Virus record (IMG/VR): IMGVR_UViG_2602041568_000004 | Reading direction: 5' to 3' (one strand) | DNA: 4,270 nt | Origin: a virus | Taxonomy: Duplodnaviria; Heunggongvirae; Uroviricota; Caudoviricetes | Part shown: positions 1 through 4,270 of the stretch, one piece after another | Layout: each line of letters starts with the position of its first letter | Numbering within the stretch: the stretch's first letter is position 1 | Made by a program: the position numbers and the translations under genes | Notes under the pieces: generated by a model | What the model saw: the letters and a program-made list of their open reading frames with translations, nothing else | Databases searched by the model: none | What the model was told of the DNA's origin: nothing

Positions 1-62
1 AGATCCATTAGCCGATTTCTGCATAGCTCCGGAGGCTTTATTTATCGTTTCTCCCAAACCAA
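1..62 (-). CDS. Possible 5' part of an inverted alternative tail-fibre C-terminal segment (partial; would continue past the window start)
   Basis: Only one minus-strand frame is open from the crossover site to position 1 (reads CIFLNVGLGETINKASGAMQKSANGS going leftward from 78); the other two hit stops at 66-68 and 38-40. In Mu G, P1 C and e14 P segments the invertase-proximal site abuts an inverted variable tail-fibre part. A 26-codon open frame is weak evidence alone (roughly 0.3 by chance). Confidence 0.25.
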
Positions 63-74
63 CGTTTAAGAAAA
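49..74. other. DNA-invertase crossover site (hix/gix/cix/pix-like 26-bp imperfect palindrome)
   Basis: TTCTCCCAAACCAACGTTTAAGAAAA: two 12-bp imperfectly inverted half-sites (8/12 symmetric) around a central AA (61-62). About 20/26 matches to hixL (TTCTTGAAAACCAAGGTTTTTGATAA) as I recall it. Lies 55 bp upstream of the invertase ATG, the usual place for the proximal site of Gin/Cin/Pin systems. Confidence 0.7.
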
Positions 75-129
75 TGCAAAGATTACGGCTAACTGGCATC
101 ATCTCCGGTTTTTATTCAGGGGATCCATC

Positions 130-723
130 ATGCTTATTGGCTATGTCCGCGTGTCAACAAATGACCAGAATACGGAATTGCAGCGTAACGCGCTGGAGTG
201 CGCAGGATGTGAGCTGATTTTTGAGGATAAAATCAGCGGCACGAAGTCCGACCGACCGGGGCTGAAAAAACTGCTCAGAACATTATCGGAAGGTGACACT
301 CTGGTAGTCTGGAAGCTGGACCGGCTGGGGCGTAGTATGCGGCATCTGGTCATTCTGGTTGAGGAGCTGCGCGAACGCGGCGTTAATTTTCGCAGCCTGA
401 CGGATGCTATTGATACCAGCACGCCGATGGGGCGTTTTTTCTTTCATGTGATGGGTGCCCTGGCTGAAATGGAGCGAGAACTCATTGTCGAGCGGACACG
501 CGCCGGACTGGAAGCGGCCAGAGCCAAAGGTCGTATTGGTGGCAGACGACCGAAACTCACCGCGAGTGAGTGGGAGCAGGCCGGGCGTTTGCTGGCTGCA
601 GGGGAGTCACGTCAACGCGTGGCACTGATTTTTGATATTGGTCTGTCCACGCTCTATAAAAAATTTCCCTCATCAGCGACAAAGAATAAATTGTGTCATC
701 CCTTAGCCAACCGGGACAAATAG
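130..723 (+). CDS. Site-specific DNA invertase, serine recombinase of the Hin/Gin/Cin/Pin family (Pin-like)
   Basis: 197-aa ORF. N-terminus MLIGYVRVSTNDQ carries the catalytic Ser at codon 9 (154-156). Conserved resolvase/invertase motifs LVVWKLDRLGRS and GRFFFHVMGALAEMERELIVERT. C-terminal helix-turn-helix VALIFDIGLSTLYKKFP resembles the Hin DNA-binding domain. Weak Shine-Dalgarno (AGGGG) upstream of the ATG. Confidence 0.95.
   Translation: MLIGYVRVSTNDQNTELQRNALECAGCELIFEDKISGTKSDRPGLKKLLRTLSEGDTLVVWKLDRLGRSMRHLVILVEELRERGVNFRSLTDAIDTSTPMGRFFFHVMGALAEMERELIVERTRAGLEAARAKGRIGGRRPKLTASEWEQAGRLLAAGESRQRVALIFDIGLSTLYKKFPSSATKNKLCHPLANRDK
213..237. promoter_or_regulatory. Candidate recombinational enhancer element (Fis-binding region) inside the invertase 5' coding region
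   Basis: Perfect 9-bp inverted repeat GCTGATTTT (213-221) / AAAATCAGC (229-237) with a 7-bp spacer, over codons about 28-36. In hin, gin and cin the Fis-dependent enhancer lies within the first 100-170 bp of the invertase gene. I could not verify Fis-site spacing by eye. Confidence 0.3.
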
Positions 724-782
724 CCTGACATCTCCGGCACAACTGAAAATATCACTCACCCATTAACCACGGAGTTAAACGG

Positions 783-1973
783 ATGAGTGACTATCATCAC
801 GGCGTGCAGGTGCTGGAGATTAACGACGGCACCCGCGTCATTTCCACCGTATCCACTGCCATTGTCGGCATGGTCTGCACGGCCAGCGATGCGGATGCGG
901 AAACCTTCCCCCTCAATAAACCGGTGCTGATTACCAATGTGCAGAGCGCAATTGCAAAGGCCGGTAAAAAAGGCACGCTGGCGGCGTCGTTACAGGCCAT
1001 CGCCGACCAGTCAAAACCGGTCACCGTTGTCGTGCGCGTGGAAGACGGAACCGGCGACGACGAAGAAACGAAGCTCGCGCAGACCGTTTCCAATATCATC
1101 GGCACCACCGACGAAAATGGTCAGTACACCGGACTGAAAGCTCTGCTGGCGGCAGAGTCGGTAACCGGTGTTAAACCGCGTATTCTTGGTGTGCCGGGAC
1201 TGGACACCAAAGAGGTGGCTGTTGCACTGGCATCAGTCTGTCAGAAGCTGCGCGCTTTCGGGTATATCAGCGCATGGGGCTGTAAAACCATTTCCGAGGT
1301 GAAAGCCTACCGCCAGAATTTCAGCCAGCGTGAGCTGATGGTCATCTGGCCGGATTTCCTCGCATGGGATACGGTCACCAGTACCACCGCCACCGCGTAT
1401 GCCACCGCCCGTGCGCTGGGTCTGCGCGCTAAAATCGACCAGGAGCAGGGCTGGCATAAAACGCTGTCCAATGTCGGGGTGAACGGTGTTACCGGCATCA
1501 GCGCATCCGTCTTCTGGGATTTGCAGGAGTCCGGCACCGATGCTGACCTGCTTAACGAGTCAGGCGTCACTACGCTGATTCGCCGCGACGGTTTCCGCTT
1601 CTGGGGTAACCGTACCTGCTCCGATGACCCGCTGTTCCTCTTTGAAAACTACACCCGCACCGCGCAGGTGCTGGCCGACACGATGGCTGAGGCGCACATG
1701 TGGGCGGTGGACAAGCCCATCACTGCAACGCTGATTCGCGACATCGTTGACGGCATCAATGCCAAATTCCGTGAGCTGAAAACAAACGGCTATATCGTGG
1801 ATGCGACCTGCTGGTTCAGCGAAGAATCCAACGATGCGGAAACCCTCAAGGCCGGAAAACTGTATATCGACTATGACTATACCCCGGTGCCTCCTCTTGA
1901 AAACCTGACCCTGCGCCAGCGTATTACCGATAAATACCTGGCAAATCTGGTCACCTCGGTTAACAGCAATTAA
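783..1973 (+). CDS. FI: Contractile tail sheath protein (P2 gpFI family)
   Basis: 396-aa ORF starting MSDYHHGVQVLEINDGTRVISTVST, which I recognise as essentially the P2 tail sheath protein along its length. GGAG at 771-774 sits 8 nt before the ATG. Gene order sheath-tube-E-T is the P2 FETUD arrangement. Confidence 0.95.
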   Translation: MSDYHHGVQVLEINDGTRVISTVSTAIVGMVCTASDADAETFPLNKPVLITNVQSAIAKAGKKGTLAASLQAIADQSKPVTVVVRVEDGTGDDEETKLAQTVSNIIGTTDENGQYTGLKALLAAESVTGVKPRILGVPGLDTKEVAVALASVCQKLRAFGYISAWGCKTISEVKAYRQNFSQRELMVIWPDFLAWDTVTSTTATAYATARALGLRAKIDQEQGWHKTLSNVGVNGVTGISASVFWDLQESGTDADLLNESGVTTLIRRDGFRFWGNRTCSDDPLFLFENYTRTAQVLADTMAEAHMWAVDKPITATLIRDIVDGINAKFRELKTNGYIVDATCWFSEESNDAETLKAGKLYIDYDYTPVPPLENLTLRQRITDKYLANLVTSVNSN

Positions 1974-1985
1974 GGAGCCTGACCG

Positions 1986-2504
1986 ATGGCAATGCCGCGC
2001 AAACTCAAGTTAATGAACGTCTTTCTGAACGGCTACAGCTATCAGGGCGTTGCAAAGTCCGTCACGCTGCCAAAACTGACCCGTAAGCTCGAAAACTATC
2101 GCGGTGCGGGGATGAACGGCAGCGCACCGGTAGACCTCGGCCTTGATGACGATGCGCTGTCAATGGAGTGGTCGCTCGGTGGTTTCCCGGATTCGGTTAT
2201 CTGGGAGCTTTACGCCGCAACCGGTGTGGATGCCGTGCCGATTCGTTTTGCAGGCTCTTACCAGCGCGACGATACCGGCGAAACGGTGGCCGTCGAAGTG
2301 GTCATGCGTGGACGTCAGAAAGAAATCGACACTGGCGAGGGTAAACAGGGAGAAGACACTGAGTCGAAAATCTCCGTGGTCTGCACCTATTTCCGGCTGA
2401 CGATGGACGGTAAGGAGCTGGTCGAAATTGACACCATCAACATGATTGAGAAGGTGAACGGCGTCGACCGGCTGGAGCAACACCGCCGCAATATCGGCCT
2501 GTGA
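1986..2504 (+). CDS. FII: Tail tube protein (P2 gpFII family)
   Basis: 172-aa ORF (MAMPRKLKLMNVFLNGYSYQG...) directly after the sheath gene, with AAGGAG at 1972-1977 overlapping the FI stop. Length and sequence match my recall of P2 gpFII. Confidence 0.95.
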   Translation: MAMPRKLKLMNVFLNGYSYQGVAKSVTLPKLTRKLENYRGAGMNGSAPVDLGLDDDALSMEWSLGGFPDSVIWELYAATGVDAVPIRFAGSYQRDDTGETVAVEVVMRGRQKEIDTGEGKQGEDTESKISVVCTYFRLTMDGKELVEIDTINMIEKVNGVDRLEQHRRNIGL

Positions 2505-2511
2505 TTTTCAT

Positions 2512-2532
2512 CCGGTCAGCCTGGCTGACCGG
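2512..2532 (+). other. Intercistronic RNA stem-loop (9-bp perfect stem, 3-nt loop) between FII and E
   Basis: CCGGTCAGC (2512-2520) / GCTGACCGG (2524-2532), beginning 8 nt after the FII stop (TGA 2502-2504). GC-rich stem with no downstream U-tract (followed by TTAACCCC), so not a canonical intrinsic terminator. Confidence 0.5.
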
Positions 2533-2560
2533 TTAACCCCGATTCATAAGTGAGAAAACC

Positions 2561-2836
2561 ATGAACAAAGAAAATGTCATTACCCTGGACAATCCGGTCA
2601 AACGTGGTGAGCAGGTTATCGAACAGGTCACGCTGATGAAACCCAATGCCGGGACGCTGCGTGGTGTCAGTCTGGCAGCGGTCGCGAACTCCGAAGTCGA
2701 TGCACTGATTAAGGTGCTGCCGCGCATGACGGCACCGATGCTGACCGAGCAGGAAGTCGCCGCGCTGGAACTGCCTGACCTTGTGGCGCTGGCCGGTAAG
2801 GTGGTCGGTTTTTTGTCGCCGAACTCGGTGCAGTGA
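2561..2836 (+). CDS. E: Tail assembly chaperone gpE (zero-frame product)
   Basis: 91-aa ORF (MNKENVITLDNPVKRGEQVIEQ...) between tube and tape-measure genes, matching P2 gpE in position and length. Contains the slippery heptamer near its 3' end. Confidence 0.9.
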   Translation: MNKENVITLDNPVKRGEQVIEQVTLMKPNAGTLRGVSLAAVANSEVDALIKVLPRMTAPMLTEQEVAALELPDLVALAGKVVGFLSPNSVQ

Positions 2837-2988
2837 CGTTTCCAAAAAATCTCTCGGTCGATGACCTGATGGCGGATGTGGCAGTGATATTTCACTGGCC
2901 GCCATCAGAACTGTATCCCATGAGCCTGACCGAACTCATCACATGGCGCGAAAAGGCGCTCCGGCGAAGCGGAAACACGAATGAGTAA
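2561..2988 (+). CDS. E+E': gpE+E' fusion made by programmed -1 ribosomal frameshift (shift at 2809-2815)
   Basis: After a -1 slip at TTTTTTG the -1 frame is open from 2815 to the TAA at 2986-2988, reading ...FVAELGAVTFPKNLSVDDLMADVAVIFHWPPSELYPMSLTELITWREKALRRSGNTNE. Predicted fusion is 85 + 57 = 142 aa (counted from the sequence), matching the known P2 E+E' product and the lambda G/GT paradigm. Confidence 0.8.
2809..2815 (+). promoter_or_regulatory. Slippery heptamer T TTT TTG for the -1 frameshift in E
   Basis: TTTTTTG in phase with E codons TTT (2810-2812) and TTG (2813-2815); the zero-frame stop is 19 nt downstream (2834-2836). Same heptamer as the P2 E/E' shift site. Confidence 0.75.
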
Positions 2989-4270
2989 CAATGTAAAATT
3001 ACAGGTATTGCTCAGGGCTGTTGACCAGGCATCCCGACCGTTTAAATCCATCCGCACAGCGAGCAAATCGCTGTCGGCGGATATCCGGGAAACACAAAAA
3101 TCACTGCGCGAGCTGAACGGTCAGGCATCCCGTATTGAGGGATTTCGCAAGACCAGTGCACAGCTCGCCGTGACTGGTCATGCACTTGAAAAGGCACGGC
3201 AGGAGGCCGAAGCCCTTGCCACACAGTTTAAAAACACCGAACGTCCGACACGTGCTCAGGCGAAAGTGCTGGAATCCGCAAAGCGTGCGGCGGAGGACTT
3301 ACAGGCGAAATATAACCGCCTGACGGATTCCGTTAAACGCCAGCAGCGGGAACTGGCCGTTGTGGGAATTAATACCCGCAATCTTGCACATGATGAGCAG
3401 GGACTGAAAAACCGTATCAGTGAAACCACCGCACAGCTTAACCGTCAGCGTGACGCGCTGGCGCGTGTCAGTGCGCAACAGGCAAAACTTAACGCAGTAA
3501 AACAGCGTTATCAGGCAGGCAAGGAACTGGCCGGAAATATGGCCTCAGTGGGCGCTGCCGGTGTGGGGATTGCGGCGGCGGGAACGATGGCCGGAGTTAA
3601 GTTGCTGATGCCCGGTTATGAGTTTGCGCAGAAAAACTCAGAATTGCAGGCTGTGCTCGGTGTGGCAAAAGACTCCGCCGAAATGGCCGCATTACGCAAA
3701 CAGGCGCGCCAGCTCGGCGATAATACCGCAGCCTCGGCAGATGATGCAGCCGGTGCGCAGATTATTATTGCGAAAGCCGGTGGGGATGTTGATGCCATTC
3801 AGGCGGCAACGCCGGTCACGCTGAATATGGCGCTGGCGAACCGTCGCACGATGGAAGAAAACGCCGCCCTGCTGATGGGGATGAAATCCGCCTTTCAGCT
3901 TTCAAACGATAAGGTCGCTCATATCGGGGATGTTCTCTCCATGACGATGAACAAAACCGCCGCCGATTTTGACGGCATGAGCGATGCGCTGACCTATGCC
4001 GCACCTGTGGCAAAAAATGCCGGTGTCAGCATTGAAGAAACCGCCGCAATGGTCGGGGCGCTGCATGATGCAAAAATTACAGGCTCAATGGCGGGGACGG
4101 GAAGCCGTGCCGTGTTAAGCCGCCTGCAGGCACCGACGGGAAAAGCATGGGATGCACTCAAAGAGCTTGGAGTGAAAACCTCAGACAGCAAGGGAAACAC
4201 CCGGCCAATATTTACCATTCTGAAAGAAATGAACCGCCCCGGGTTTCCTGGAGAGTGTTTTATCTGTGAA
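2981..4270 (+). CDS. T: Tail tape measure protein gpT, 5' part (open to the window edge; only 2981-4229 appears T-derived)
   Basis: Frame open for 430 codons from the ATG at 2981 with no stop in the window (hence absent from the ORF track). Start MSNNVKLQVLLRAVDQASRPFKSIRTASKSL matches my recall of the P2 gpT N-terminus. The ATG overlaps the E' stop (ATGAGTAA), indicating translational coupling. From about codon 417 the frame reads into an IS-like sequence. Confidence 0.9.
   Translation, partial: MSNNVKLQVLLRAVDQASRPFKSIRTASKSLSADIRETQKSLRELNGQASRIEGFRKTSAQLAVTGHALEKARQEAEALATQFKNTERPTRAQAKVLESAKRAAEDLQAKYNRLTDSVKRQQRELAVVGINTRNLAHDEQGLKNRISETTAQLNRQRDALARVSAQQAKLNAVKQRYQAGKELAGNMASVGAAGVGIAAAGTMAGVKLLMPGYEFAQKNSELQAVLGVAKDSAEMAALRKQARQLGDNTAASADDAAGAQIIIAKAGGDVDAIQAATPVTLNMALANRRTMEENAALLMGMKSAFQLSNDKVAHIGDVLSMTMNKTAADFDGMSDALTYAAPVAKNAGVSIEETAAMVGALHDAKITGSMAGTGSRAVLSRLQAPTGKAWDALKELGVKTSDSKGNTRPIFTILKEMNRPGFPGECFICE
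4230..4270 (+). mobile_element. Terminal inverted repeat of an IS3-family insertion sequence (IS629/IS3411-like end), partial, inserted in gene T
   Basis: TGAACCGCCCCGGGTTTCCTGGAGAGTGTTTTATCTGTGAA begins with the 5'-TG...TGAACCGCCCCGGG motif I recognise from IS3-family (IS629/IS1203/IS3411 group) ends. The peptide it encodes in the T frame (NRPGFPGECFICE) is unlike a tape-measure protein. Only 41 bp are visible, so this is provisional. Confidence 0.5.

Noticed and set aside
2-129. Short direct repeat GATCCAT at 2-8 and 123-129 flanking the crossover site
   Set aside because: A 7-mer repeat within about 130 bp is well within chance expectation and has no structural partner.
75-129. Sigma-70 promoter for the invertase overlapping the crossover site
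   Set aside because: Candidate hexamers (for example TTAAGA with CTAACT 17 bp downstream) are poor matches, so I could not support a call by eye, although a promoter must exist nearby.
141-422. 93-aa minus-strand ORF inside the invertase gene
   Set aside because: Fully antisense to a well-supported, conserved serine-recombinase CDS, with no ribosome-binding site or recognisable motifs; a typical spurious ORF.
724-782. Accessory or defence cargo at the P2 Z/fun-equivalent position between invertase and FI
   Set aside because: The gap is 59 bp and contains only the FI ribosome-binding site region; there is no ORF or RNA gene.
797-1570. Minus-strand ORFs (797-1108, 1233-1457, 1307-1570) and the +2-frame ORF 937-1137 inside the sheath gene
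   Set aside because: All lie within the FI coding region. Their products are low-complexity and Arg/Ser/Pro-rich, as expected for off-frame reading of GC-rich coding DNA.
2143-2483. Overlapping ORFs 2143-2400 (+) and 2160-2483 (-) inside the tail tube gene
   Set aside because: Embedded in the FII CDS, with no independent start signals or domain-like sequence.
2512-2532. FII-E hairpin as a rho-independent terminator
   Set aside because: There is no U-rich tract after the stem on either strand, so I kept it only as a stem-loop of unknown role.
2819-2828. Small stem (CCGA-AC-TCGG) just after the slippery site as a frameshift stimulator
   Set aside because: Only 4 bp with a 2-nt loop, too weak to call a stimulatory structure.
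2516-2905. 129-aa and 120-aa minus-strand ORFs antisense to E and E'
   Set aside because: The region is fully accounted for by E and the E+E' frameshift product on the + strand. The antisense frames are Arg/His/Gln-rich with no plausible start context.
3042-4218. Short ORFs on both strands within the tape-measure gene (3042-3224, 3616-3798, 3618-3824, 3816-4013, 3994-4218)
   Set aside because: All are inside the long uninterrupted T frame, which the ORF track does not show because it has no stop in the window.

Overview
This window is the tail-morphogenesis region of a P2-like (myovirus) prophage, all on the + strand, and I see no convincing sign of a novel system. Left to right: (i) a 26-bp hix/gix/cix-like crossover site (49-74), implying the window starts inside an invertible tail-fibre segment; (ii) a Hin/Gin/Cin/Pin-family serine DNA invertase (130-723); (iii) tail sheath FI (783-1973); (iv) tail tube FII (1986-2504); (v) a perfect 9-bp stem-loop just after the FII stop; (vi) tail chaperone E (2561-2836) with a T6G slippery site giving the -1 frameshift product E+E' (to 2988); (vii) the start of tape-measure gene T (2981 onward, open to the window edge). 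The last 41 bp (4230-4270) look like the terminal inverted repeat of an IS3-family insertion sequence sitting inside T, which would make this a defective prophage. Protein identifications rest on my recall of P2 and invertase sequences, not on a database search. The gap between invertase and FI (the position of the P2 Z/fun accessory locus) is only 59 bp, so it carries no cargo. The most interesting points are the phase-variable host-range switch grafted onto a P2-type tail module and the probable IS disruption of T.
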